From NCBI GenBank assembly GCA_963662655.2, contig CAXXTU010000002.1, positions 1,472,001 to 1,536,000 on the forward strand: a stretch of DNA of 64,000 nt, given 5' to 3'. Of this stretch, positions 9,996 to 18,886 are shown one piece after another; the stretch's first letter is position 1, and every line of letters starts with the position of its first letter. Under the pieces are notes generated by a model. That model searched no databases and was not told the DNA's origin. It saw only the letters and a list, made by a program, of their open reading frames with translations. The translations under genes and the position numbers were made by a program. Source of the DNA: Candidatus Cloacimonadales bacterium (GTDB taxonomy: Bacteria; Cloacimonadota; Cloacimonadia; Cloacimonadales; JAIOQZ01).

Positions 9996-10677
9996 GTATC
10001 ACAACTCCAATAAAATTCATGATGTCTCTCAGGTGCCGGATGTTGCTCGGCTGATCATTGTAAATCGTTCCAATGGGCACGTGCGCTATAACACCGTCTT
10101 TGCGTGCGTATTCGAAGATTACCTCCGACTCGAATTGGTAGCGATCGGTGCGCAACACGCATTGCTTCAAATGCTCGAGGCGATACAAGCGGTAGCCGCT
10201 CTGGGAATCGCAAACCCTCTGCCTGCACATGAGCGACACGATTACGCTCGTGATCGTATTGCTGGCAATCCGCGCAATCGGCATGGTACCGAAACGGAAG
10301 TCCCGCTTTCCGATTACCAGATCCGCTTCGGTCCTGTTCTGCACCGCAATGAACCGCACCATCTGGTCCGGATGGTGCTGCATGTCACTGTCCAAAGTCA
10401 TTGCGAATTCGAATCCCTGCTGCATCGCAAGATTGAAGCCAGCCTTCAGAGCCGCTCCTTTCCCGCGATTCACCTTCATCTCATGCACTTGTACGCCGTG
10501 ATCCTGGCAAATCTCGACAGAATCGTCTTCCGAACCGTCATCAACGCAGATGACCTGTTTCGCGTCCACGAAGGCCAGCACTCCCCAGAGTAGCTCGGGC
10601 AGCGTAGCGGCGGCATTGAATACCGGTATGACGATTGCCGTGTTGTCCCAACAGGCCCAAGGATTGCTCTGGCTCAC
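9964..10677 (-). CDS. Glycosyltransferase family 2
   Basis: 'VIPVFN', 'VDDGSED', 'NRGKGAAL', 'LDSDMQH', 'DSQSGYR'. Confidence 0.9.
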   Translation of the reverse strand: MSQSNPWACWDNTAIVIPVFNAAATLPELLWGVLAFVDAKQVICVDDGSEDDSVEICQDHGVQVHEMKVNRGKGAALKAGFNLAMQQGFEFAMTLDSDMQHHPDQMVRFIAVQNRTEADLVIGKRDFRFGTMPIARIASNTITSVIVSLMCRQRVCDSQSGYRLYRLEHLKQCVLRTDRYQFESEVIFEYARKDGVIAHVPIGTIYNDQPSNIRHLRDIMNFIGVVIHEGTKKGSIH

Positions 10678-10688
10678 ACAAGTTCCTC

Positions 10689-12077
10689 TTATTTCCGCTT
10701 CGATTTCCAGATGGTTCCGTCTTTCGTATCGAGCAACTCGATTCCGATATCGGCCAGATCGTTGCGAATCCTGTCCGCCATCGTGTAATTCTTTTCCTTC
10801 TTGAACAGCACCCGGTATTCAATCATCATCTCGACCAGCTTCCCCGAGAGATCGTCCTTCGCGAGCTTCTTCTCCAGGTCGGAGAAGAAGCCCAACACGC
10901 TTCCGATCTCCACCAAAGCGTGGGCGTATTCGTTTCGAATGTCCGAGGGGATTTCAAGGCTCTTTATCTTTCGTGTAAGCTCAAAGAGAATCGCAATGGC
11001 TTTGGCGGTGTTGAAATCGTCGTCCATCGCCTCTTTGAACTCGTCATAGTACTTCTGTGCGTATTTGCCGAACTTCCCGCCAGGATTTTGTATCTTCAGG
11101 AAGTCGATGAACTCCAGCGCATCGTAGAAATTCGCTACGCCGCTCTTGCTCTCCTCGAGCAGCTCGGGAGAGTAGTCGATCGGGCTCCTGTAGTGCTTGG
11201 AGAGGAAAAACAGCCGGACAACTTCCGGATCGAATTTTTCCAGCACATCGCGCGTCGTGAAGAAATTACCCAGACTCTTGGACATCTTCTCGCCGGACAT
11301 GTTCAGAAAGCCGCCGTGCATCCAGTAGTTCGCCAGAGGCTTGCCGTTTTGCGCGTAGGCCTGTGCCTGCTCGTTCTCGTGATGCGGGAACACCAGGTCG
11401 ATGGCGCCACCGTGGATGTCGAAGGTCTCGCCCAGAAGATCGCGGGACATCACCACACACTCCGTGTGCCACCCCGGGCGGCCTTCGCCCCAGGGACTGT
11501 TCCACGTCGGCTCACCGGGCTTCGAACGCTTCCAGAGCGTAAAATCAAGCGGATTCTTCTTCTGCTTGTTCTCCTGAATGCGCGCCCCCACCATCTGATC
11601 GTCGATGTTCTTCCCCGAAAGGCTCCCGTAGTTGTCGAGCTTATCCACCGAGAAGTAGACATCGCCGTCGGCTTCGTACGCAAAGCCATTTTTCTCCAGT
11701 TCGCGAATGAAACCGATCATCTTGCCGATGTACTCGGTTGCCTTGGGCGCGTACGTGGTCGGGCGTAAACCCAGCTTCGCGGTATCTTCGAAGAAAGCCT
11801 TCGTGTAGCGCTCAGCTACATCGGAAGCAGGGACGTTCTCGGTGATGGACTGGTTGATGATCTTGTCGTCGATGTCTGTGATATTCTGCACGAAAGTCAC
11901 TTCGTATCCGGCATATTCCAGATAGCGGCGGACGACATCGAAGAACATGAATGTTCGCGCGTTACCGATGTGGAAATAATTATATACTGTGGGACCGCAG
12001 GCGTAAAGCTTCACTTTCCCGGGTTCCACCGGTTTGAATTCTTCTTTCTGCCTTGTCTGCGTGTTGTAGATTTTCAT
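10689..12077 (-). CDS. cysS: Cysteine--tRNA ligase
   Basis: 'YACGPTVY..HIGN', 'GRPGWHTEC', 'FPHHENE', 'KMSKS'. Confidence 0.98.
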   Translation of the reverse strand: MKIYNTQTRQKEEFKPVEPGKVKLYACGPTVYNYFHIGNARTFMFFDVVRRYLEYAGYEVTFVQNITDIDDKIINQSITENVPASDVAERYTKAFFEDTAKLGLRPTTYAPKATEYIGKMIGFIRELEKNGFAYEADGDVYFSVDKLDNYGSLSGKNIDDQMVGARIQENKQKKNPLDFTLWKRSKPGEPTWNSPWGEGRPGWHTECVVMSRDLLGETFDIHGGAIDLVFPHHENEQAQAYAQNGKPLANYWMHGGFLNMSGEKMSKSLGNFFTTRDVLEKFDPEVVRLFFLSKHYRSPIDYSPELLEESKSGVANFYDALEFIDFLKIQNPGGKFGKYAQKYYDEFKEAMDDDFNTAKAIAILFELTRKIKSLEIPSDIRNEYAHALVEIGSVLGFFSDLEKKLAKDDLSGKLVEMMIEYRVLFKKEKNYTMADRIRNDLADIGIELLDTKDGTIWKSKRK

Positions 12078-12616
12078 TTATCCTCCAGAGACAGGATCGT
12101 AATCACCGTCTCCCCCATTTTTTTCTCATAAATTCTATGCTCGAACCACTCGTCGGAGATGGGCTCATCGAAGGCGTGCTCCACCAGGATCCGGCCATAA
12201 GGCTTCAGCAAACTCCGCTCGAAGATAATCCGCAGAGTGCGGTTCACCATATCCTTGCGGTAAGGCGGATCCATGAGGATCAGGTCATATTGATTCTCCG
12301 TCTCCTCCAGAAACGACGCAACCTTCTTCTTCTTTACGTGCGTAGCTTCTTGACATCCGAGCTTCTCGATGTTCTTCCAGATCGCTTGCACCGCTTTCTG
12401 ACTCGAATCCACGAAGTTAGCTTCCAGCGTCCCTCTGCTCAAGGCCTCGAGTCCCAGCGCTCCGCTTCCGGCGTAGAGATCGAGAACGACGTCGTCATCG
12501 TAGAGATCGAGGACTCCGAACATGACTTCCTTCACGAAGTCAGTGGTCGGCCTCGTGCGATCGCCAGGCACCGAGAACAGATGGAACCCCTTGTACTTGC
12601 CGGTTATAATCCGCAT
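12074..12616 (-). CDS. rsmD: 16S rRNA m2G966 methyltransferase
   Basis: 'MRIITGKYKG', 'RPTTD', 'LDLYAGSGALGLEALSRG', 'DPPY'. Confidence 0.95.
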   Translation of the reverse strand: MRIITGKYKGFHLFSVPGDRTRPTTDFVKEVMFGVLDLYDDDVVLDLYAGSGALGLEALSRGTLEANFVDSSQKAVQAIWKNIEKLGCQEATHVKKKKVASFLEETENQYDLILMDPPYRKDMVNRTLRIIFERSLLKPYGRILVEHAFDEPISDEWFEHRIYEKKMGETVITILSLEDK

Positions 12617-12681
12617 CGCTCCCCCTTTCTCACTCCGGTGTCATTTAAAATACCAGTAAATGATCCTGCGGCAGTCACCCG

Positions 12682-12843
12682 TTACGAGCGTCGCGAATAC
12701 TTCTTACTGCCGAATTTTATCTCAAGCTGCTCCGGCCTCGGTTCGAAGTTCGGGCAGGTCAGCAATATCACTTCGATCGACTGCTTGCACTTGTTCAAGC
12801 ACTTCGCGCACAGTTTGTTGATTTCTTTATTCTTCGTTTCCAT
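12682..12843 (-). CDS. Small Cys-rich protein (53 aa), possible metal-binding; absent from the ORF track
   Basis: Translated by hand as METKNKEINKLCAKCLNKCKQSIEVILLTCPNFEPRPEQLEIKFGSKKYSRRS*. Overlaps the upstream gene end in operon fashion. Confidence 0.65.
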   Translation of the reverse strand: METKNKEINKLCAKCLNKCKQSIEVILLTCPNFEPRPEQLEIKFGSKKYSRRS

Positions 12844-13378
12844 GAAAAATCTTCAGTAAGTCTCCCAATGTTATTTCCTGCAATTTCCTGTTTCCACCCA
12901 GAATCTTCACGGTTCGATCGGCGAAATCGGCAATCCGCATCGACATCACGCCTCCCGTAATTTCAGGAATCGATGGCGCTGCAACCGGTTCCGGAGATTC
13001 CTCTTCCTCGTAAGAACCCTCCAGAAAAGCCTTCCTCGCCTGCGGGGCAAGCTCCTCGTCCGATTCGACAGCCAGCTCCTCGTCGTCTTCATTTTGTTGA
13101 CGCATGGATTCCTGTAATCTCTCGAAGCGATCCTGCGGAATAATCTTCAGTCTTTTCCGCTCGTCGGCGGAGAAAATCTCCGTAATGCGGGAATTATAGT
13201 GCAGCTTCTCGTCGCTCAGGATTTTTTCCTGAACCGATTCGAGCTTCTCCAGTATCTCTTCATCGCCTCGCTCGGCATGCAGCTTTCGATACACGGCCAG
13301 CGCGTCGAAAAGCTGGTTTTGCGATTCATACAACTGTGCAAGCGTCAACGTGGGCGCCAATGACTTGGATGGAGCCAT
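12827..13378 (-). CDS. Hypothetical protein (N-terminal TPR-like helix pair)
   Basis: 'TLTLAQLYESQNQLFDALAVYRKL' followed by an acidic linker. In operon orientation. Confidence 0.65.
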   Translation of the reverse strand: MAPSKSLAPTLTLAQLYESQNQLFDALAVYRKLHAERGDEEILEKLESVQEKILSDEKLHYNSRITEIFSADERKRLKIIPQDRFERLQESMRQQNEDDEELAVESDEELAPQARKAFLEGSYEEEESPEPVAAPSIPEITGGVMSMRIADFADRTVKILGGNRKLQEITLGDLLKIFHGNEE

Positions 13379-13379
13379 A

Positions 13380-13985
13380 TCAATCTCCCAGGTAAATTTG
13401 AGGTTTTATTTTCTGCAACGTCTTCTCGCCGATTCCTTCCACATCCAGCAGGTCGTCAATCGAAGAAAAACCGCCATGTTCTTCTCGGTAGCGTATAATC
13501 CGGGCGGCAAGTACCTTGCCGACCCCCGGAAGCGTCATGATCTCTTCCATGCTCGCATGATTGAGATCGATCCTTTCGCCTTCAGCAACGGCAGAAAAAC
13601 CCAGTAAAGAATCTTCGCGAGCGGTTTCGTTGTCAAGGGGTATCAGGTACGGAAGCATTCGTTCGTACAGTTTTTCACCAATTCCGCGGACTTTCATCAG
13701 GTCCTTACGGCACGTAAAGCCCGTCTGCGTAGCATAGGCGACAATCGCCTGCGCCTTCTTCTCGCCGATTCCCGGAATCGACATCAGATCAGCCATCATT
13801 GGATTCCTCAAATCGATCCGCAGGTCGCTCTGATGCAGCCGGACTTTCAGAGAGTCCACCTGTACCCGGTTATCGCCGGTTTCCCCCGCGAAGAATCGAG
13901 CTGTCATTCCCAGAAGGGCAAATCCCATGAGAAACAGCAGCACGCGCTGTTCCCCGGGCGTGAAGAGCTTGCTCAATGGATTCAT
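13380..13985 (-). CDS. comEA: ComEA-like helix-hairpin-helix DNA-binding protein
   Basis: N-terminal TM and two HhH domains ('IPGIGEKKA', 'IDLNHAS..LPGVG..LAARII.YR...GGFSSIDDLLDVEGIGEK'). Confidence 0.85.
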   Translation of the reverse strand: MNPLSKLFTPGEQRVLLFLMGFALLGMTARFFAGETGDNRVQVDSLKVRLHQSDLRIDLRNPMMADLMSIPGIGEKKAQAIVAYATQTGFTCRKDLMKVRGIGEKLYERMLPYLIPLDNETAREDSLLGFSAVAEGERIDLNHASMEEIMTLPGVGKVLAARIIRYREEHGGFSSIDDLLDVEGIGEKTLQKIKPQIYLGD

Positions 13986-13986
13986 T

Positions 13987-14379
13987 TCATTCCTTCACGC
14001 GAACGAACACGGCAGAAGCCTTCGCATGGATTCTCCCGTTCGTATCGGCAAGTTTCGCGCTGCATTCAAGGATACGGCCTTTATCGTTATCGATGATGCC
14101 GCTTACGATGTATTCGTTTTGCGTGTGGACCGGCTTCTTGTATTCCAGATTCATGCGCCCGGTAACGGCCATTCCGCCCTTCGCCAGGCATATCTTCGCC
14201 ATCGCTTCGTCCAAAAGGGCCGCAACCATTCCCCCGTGAACCACGCCCGGATAACCGGCGAATTTCTCGGGGATGTTCACCTGCGCCACAGCACGGTCGT
14301 CCGGATACGTGAACACAAGCTGAAGTCCGTCCGGATTATCCTTCCCGCAAATGAAGCAACGATTGTAGTTTTCGCTCAT
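13987..14379 (-). CDS. PaaI-family thioesterase
   Basis: 'CFICGKDNPDGL' and 'VHGGMVAALLDEAM'. Confidence 0.9.
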   Translation of the reverse strand: MSENYNRCFICGKDNPDGLQLVFTYPDDRAVAQVNIPEKFAGYPGVVHGGMVAALLDEAMAKICLAKGGMAVTGRMNLEYKKPVHTQNEYIVSGIIDNDKGRILECSAKLADTNGRIHAKASAVFVRVKE

Positions 14380-14472
14380 AGTATCTCCCAAAATCCCATA
14401 AAATCTTACTGTCGTCGCCCTTTTCATTGACATCCGGGCCGCTCACGGTTTTCTCAACCTCCGGAGGAAACA

Positions 14473-14712
14473 ATGCGACCGATTGAACGACATATTCTCT
14501 CAAAAATCGACGACAAAGGCATCACTTTCGACCGTGTTGAAGAAATCATCGACGGTACAACCAGACAGGAGCTCAAGAAAAGTTTCCCGGACGATTCGAT
14601 CTTCCAGTCTCCGCGGTATTTCGCGAAAATCATCCTGGATGGGCTGCTGAGGCGCGGAGCGGTCGAGAAGAAAGACGGGAAATTCTTCAAGCCGTCACCC
14701 AAGAAAGATTAG
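14473..14712 (+). CDS. Hypothetical protein (79 aa)
   Basis: Strong SD GGAGGA before the ATG and typical codon usage. Confidence 0.6.
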   Translation: MRPIERHILSKIDDKGITFDRVEEIIDGTTRQELKKSFPDDSIFQSPRYFAKIILDGLLRRGAVEKKDGKFFKPSPKKD

Positions 14713-15257
14713 CCCATGATCTCCTGATCGTACTTCGTCATCGCATCGATCGACAACTGAAGAAAATCCGCCAATTCGAACCCGATATCGCTGCAAGTCG
14801 CAATCTGCTCCCGGTTCGCGCCGGCGGCAAAGCTCTTCGATTTATATTTCTTCTTCAGGGATTTCAGTTTGACTTCCGCAATCGTCCGCTCGGGCTGCAT
14901 CAGCGCTGCCGCCGTAATCAGGCCGGTGATCGGATCCGCGGCGTACAGGCTCTTGTCCAGAAGCGATTCGAGAGGCGCGTGATCCGCGTGCGCCTTCACC
15001 GCGTGTACGACATCGCCGGGAAGCCCTTCCTTCTCCAGCATTTCTGCGCCCATCACGCTGTGGCTGTCCGGATCGTCCATCGTGAATTCGTAATCGATGT
15101 CATGCAGCAATCCCGTGACAAACCACTTCTCCCCGTCTTCGTTAAAATGCTTCGCCAGCGCTTCCATCACCGCACCGACCGCCAGGCTATGCTTGCGGAG
15201 GTTCTCGTTTTGGAGGTTCCTGTAAAGAAACTCGAATGCCTTTTCACGATCCATCAT
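14709..15257 (-). CDS. HD/HDIG-domain metal-dependent phosphohydrolase
   Basis: 'KHSLAVGAVM', 'GLLHDIDY', 'KSFAAGANR'. Confidence 0.9.
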   Translation of the reverse strand: MMDREKAFEFLYRNLQNENLRKHSLAVGAVMEALAKHFNEDGEKWFVTGLLHDIDYEFTMDDPDSHSVMGAEMLEKEGLPGDVVHAVKAHADHAPLESLLDKSLYAADPITGLITAAALMQPERTIAEVKLKSLKKKYKSKSFAAGANREQIATCSDIGFELADFLQLSIDAMTKYDQEIMG

Positions 15258-16074
15258 ATCGATTGTCCTTATAATCCCACTGCCGGAGCGCCTCGTAGCA
15301 GGTTACAGCGAACGAGGTGGCGACATTGAGAGAGTTTTTCCATCCATTTACTGGAATCTGCACGATGCGGTCAACCATTTTCAGCAAATCCTCTTCAATT
15401 CCAAGCGCTTCGTTGCCCACGAGGATCGCGCAGGGACGCGGGAAATCGAATTCGTGGATCGAAGGCGCTTGCTGCACGGTTTCCAGGGCAATCACCGGAA
15501 TACCCAGGGACTGCAACTCGCGTATCAACGCCTTTGCATCCTCGCGATACTCCCAGGCAACATGCCCGGCCGTTTCCATCGAGGTTTTACTCACCTTCGC
15601 GTTCTCAGGAGTCGCCGTGTATCCGCAGAGATAAAGTTTTTCGATCCCGACACATTCCGCAACACGGATTAACGCGCCAACGTTGAAGGCCGACCGCAGA
15701 TTATTCACGATCCCAAGCAGGGGAATCTGCCTTGCCTCCCCCGATCCGTCGCCTTTGGCGATTGTGATGTCCATATCCTTCGGCTCGTGACCCAGCTTGC
15801 GCAAAATGGGAATCGCGATGCCTTGATACGTTCGCACATCCGCCCGGTCTTCATGCAATTCCGCGTGATCGACGAGTCTAACGATATCAGAGACGACTGC
15901 TACGAAATCACCATCGTCTCCGATATCCTTCGCAAACTGCCCGAGACCGGCAAGGTTATCGCGGCGCGAGGCAACATCGGGCCATTCCTCTTCAATCTTC
16001 AGCAGATAGTCCCGCAGGATTTTCCGTTTCTTGTTCCGGTCGAAACCGGCGATCTTCTTTTTGGAGTACTTCAT
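15244..16074 (-). CDS. SpoU/TrmH-family RNA 2'-O-methyltransferase
   Basis: 'NLRSAFNVGALIR', 'VGNEALGI', 'IPVNGWKNSLNVA'. Confidence 0.9.
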   Translation of the reverse strand: MKYSKKKIAGFDRNKKRKILRDYLLKIEEEWPDVASRRDNLAGLGQFAKDIGDDGDFVAVVSDIVRLVDHAELHEDRADVRTYQGIAIPILRKLGHEPKDMDITIAKGDGSGEARQIPLLGIVNNLRSAFNVGALIRVAECVGIEKLYLCGYTATPENAKVSKTSMETAGHVAWEYREDAKALIRELQSLGIPVIALETVQQAPSIHEFDFPRPCAILVGNEALGIEEDLLKMVDRIVQIPVNGWKNSLNVATSFAVTCYEALRQWDYKDNRYDGS

Positions 16075-16198
16075 ACGAACAAGTTCAATCGCAGCATTAT
16101 GAGAGTCAATTCATTTTTATGTTGCAATTGTATCGATAGGATGGATGATTGGTTCTCGGGTTATACGAGATGACCAGGATGATTTTCCGGAGGTAATC

Positions 16199-16594
16199 AT
16201 GAAATCGGAATACAAGCGCAAGATTTTCGGTTACGAGTGCGACATTTACGGCCATTTGAACAACGCGAATTATCTTCACGTCTTTGAAGAAGCTCGCTCC
16301 AAGGCAATTGCGGACCTGGGCGTATCGGTTTCCGAATTGTTTGAAATGAACGTCCATATCTACATCACTGATGTCCGTATTCAGTTTCTGCGCGGCGTTC
16401 CGCTAGAGGACACCATAACCGTCCTAACCTCCCCCGTGAAGGCCAACCGCCTGAAATCCACGTGGCACCAGGAAATCTACGATCAGGCCGGGAACCTGTG
16501 CAGCATCGGAGAGATCGTTGCCGTTTTCGCCCGAGACGGAAAGCCGTACCGGATTTCCCAGGACCTCATGGAGAGGTTGGGCATCGAGGGATAG
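16199..16594 (+). CDS. Acyl-CoA thioesterase (4HBT/YbgC family)
   Basis: 'ECDIYGHLNNANYLHVFEEAR'. SD GGAGG upstream. Confidence 0.9.
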   Translation: MKSEYKRKIFGYECDIYGHLNNANYLHVFEEARSKAIADLGVSVSELFEMNVHIYITDVRIQFLRGVPLEDTITVLTSPVKANRLKSTWHQEIYDQAGNLCSIGEIVAVFARDGKPYRISQDLMERLGIEG

Positions 16595-16796
16595 CCCTCA
16601 CGCTTCGAACACAATAGAGCCCAACCCCTAATTCGCCTTTCACATAAAGCCGCGTTAACTCCCTGATACATTGGGTGTTGTTACAAAGTATGGGCCCTCC
16701 GACTTTATTGAAACAGGAATGTACTAACAAATCCTCGAAGTTTTCTGTAAGATTTTGTGAATGAGTTTTACTTCATTGATATGGAAAAAATCGTTA

Positions 16797-16915
16797 GCCC
16801 TTCGACTCAATAGGTGATCCAGGTTATCACTTCGTGAAACCTACAGATCAAGGGTGACAAACAATAATTTCCCATATAATTAACCATCGTGTCATCCTGA
16901 GCGGAGTCGAGGGGC
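16797..16915. repeat. REP-like inverted repeat pair, with the left copy interrupted by an internal hairpin
   Basis: The right arm TGTCATCCTGAGCGGAGTCGAGGGGC (16890-16915) is the reverse complement of GCCCTTCGACTC[~40-nt insert]CAAGGGTGACA (16797-16859), apart from a few mismatches. Confidence 0.55.
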
Positions 16916-17027
16916 ACACGGTGGATAACGTCGTCAAACAATCACGGACCAAGGTAATACAGACTAAGCGCGTTAATTTCATTGACATTTTATTGAATTG
17001 AATTCATTCTGTGATCGGAGGTCCGTT

Positions 17028-17465
17028 ATGAAGATCAAGAGATTATTGATGGAACAGCCAAAAGAAGTCATTTCGATTCAGAAAAACGACACGATCAAAA
17101 ACGCCTTGGGCGTGATGAATCAGAAAAGAATTGGAGCGCTGATGGTCAAGGATGGCGAGAAGATCGTCGGCATCATGACCGAACGCGACATTCTGCGCAA
17201 TATTCACAAACTTCAGTGCTTCCGTGAAGACGAGAAAGTCGAAAGCATCATGACCCCAAGCGGCACATTCGTGCAGGGGGACGCGTCCGACGACATGCAG
17301 AAGGTCATGCAAACGATGACGGAGCGAAAGGTACGCCACCTGCCCATCTTCGATGGAGAAGAGATGATCGGCCTCGTCTCGATCGGAGACGTAATCCACT
17401 CCCTTCTACAGGCAGCCGAGCATGAGAACAACCTTCTGAAAGAGTATATCAGCAATCCATATTGA
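17028..17465 (+). CDS. CBS-domain protein
   Basis: 'IVGIMTERDI' and 'VRHLPIFDGEEMIGLVSIGDV'. Confidence 0.9.
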   Translation: MKIKRLLMEQPKEVISIQKNDTIKNALGVMNQKRIGALMVKDGEKIVGIMTERDILRNIHKLQCFREDEKVESIMTPSGTFVQGDASDDMQKVMQTMTERKVRHLPIFDGEEMIGLVSIGDVIHSLLQAAEHENNLLKEYISNPY

Positions 17466-17484
17466 AAAATTTTCACCCCTATGC

Positions 17485-17528
17485 GGAGTCCTTCCTGAGT
17501 GAGGGGCCAGGTGGGATTCCGTTTTTTT
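17485..17528 (+). terminator. Rho-independent terminator after the CBS gene
   Basis: GGAGTCCTTCCTG...CAGGTGGGATTCC stem followed by GTTTTTTT. Confidence 0.65.
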
Positions 17529-17650
17529 CTACTGTTTGATTGACAATTTTCTACAGGCAATGCTATCAAGTTTATTCTGTGTCTTCAGGATAGAAGCCAT
17601 GACAGTTGCGTTTACCGGATAGATAACTCATTACAATAAAGGAGATTCGT

Positions 17651-18880
17651 ATGGCCAAGCAAACGGTTATTAAAGCAAGTGTGCTTTTCGATGGAAAAGC
17701 GAAAGTCGAGAATCGGTGGATCACGGTGGAAGGAACGGTAATTGTCGATGTCACGTCCAAAGAGAAGCCTCACGACTATGAAGGCGTGGTTACCCCGGGA
17801 TTCATCGACGCGCATTCTCACATCGGCATGGATCGCGAAGGCGAGCCGTATCAGGAAGCGGAAGCTAACGACCACTCGAGCCAGTTTCTGCCGTTGATCA
17901 ACCCCATTGACAGCATCTATTACGACGACCGGGCCTTCAAGGATGCCGTCGATTTCGGCATCCTCTATAGCTGTCTGGTTCCCGGAAGCGGTAACCTTCT
18001 GGGCGGCAAGGCGATGGTCATCCGAAACTTCGTCGAGAATCGCAAGGACGCGATGGTCAAGCACTACGGCTACAAGATGGCGCTGGGGTTCAATCCACGC
18101 TCAACCACCGATTGGAAAGGCGAGCGTCCCAACACCCGCATGGGCGTTTACATGATGCTGGAAAAGAAATTCGACGAAATCCTGCGCAAGAAAGAAAAGA
18201 CCGAACTCGCTCGCGACAAGAAGCTTAAAGAACTGGAACTGAAGCAGAAGGAAAAAAAGCTGAACAAAAAGGAGATCGAAGAGGAAAAGGCAATTATCCA
18301 GCGCGAGTATGAACTCGAGTTCTCGGCGGAAGAACTCGCGATTCTGGAACTCCTCTCCGGCGAAAAGGTCGCCAAGGTGCACGTCCACAAGGACGACGAC
18401 GTGCTCTACCTGATTTACCTGGTGAAGAAGTACGGACTCAAGGCTACAGCTGACCACACCGCCGACGTGTTCCACAAGGAGATATTCGACGAGCTCGCGA
18501 AAGCGGATATACCTGTTGTGTACGGGCCGATGGGAACCGTGGGCTACAAGGTCGAGCTGAAGCATTCGTATTACCAGAACGCGGAGCTCCTGATGAAGTC
18601 GAAAGCCTTCTACGGCCTGATGACGGATCACAGTGTGATTCACACCATCTGCCTGCGCGATACGCTCAAATACTTCCTCATCCACGGCATGAGCGAGGAA
18701 GAAGCCATCTCGATGATCACCTGGAAGAACGCTAAAATCCTTGGAATCGACGACTCGCTTGGTACGATCGAGCCGGGCAAGCTGGCCAGCCTGATCGTCT
18801 GGGACAAGAATCCGCTTCACCTCGGGGCGTTCCCCGTGATGGTGATGGCTGAAGGTAAGATTATACGCAAGAGGAAATAA
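17651..18880 (+). CDS. Amidohydrolase family protein (imidazolonepropionase-like)
   Basis: 'PGFIDAHSHIG', 'KVHVH', 'MTDH', 'LGTIEPGKLASLIVW'. Contains a charged coiled-coil insert. Confidence 0.85.
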   Translation: MAKQTVIKASVLFDGKAKVENRWITVEGTVIVDVTSKEKPHDYEGVVTPGFIDAHSHIGMDREGEPYQEAEANDHSSQFLPLINPIDSIYYDDRAFKDAVDFGILYSCLVPGSGNLLGGKAMVIRNFVENRKDAMVKHYGYKMALGFNPRSTTDWKGERPNTRMGVYMMLEKKFDEILRKKEKTELARDKKLKELELKQKEKKLNKKEIEEEKAIIQREYELEFSAEELAILELLSGEKVAKVHVHKDDDVLYLIYLVKKYGLKATADHTADVFHKEIFDELAKADIPVVYGPMGTVGYKVELKHSYYQNAELLMKSKAFYGLMTDHSVIHTICLRDTLKYFLIHGMSEEEAISMITWKNAKILGIDDSLGTIEPGKLASLIVWDKNPLHLGAFPVMVMAEGKIIRKRK

Positions 18881-18886
18881 GGCTAC

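Noticed and set aside
16755..16772. Possible Rex/Crp-type operator (TTGTGAA...)
   Set aside because: The second half-site does not match, and such half matches are expected in AT-rich DNA.
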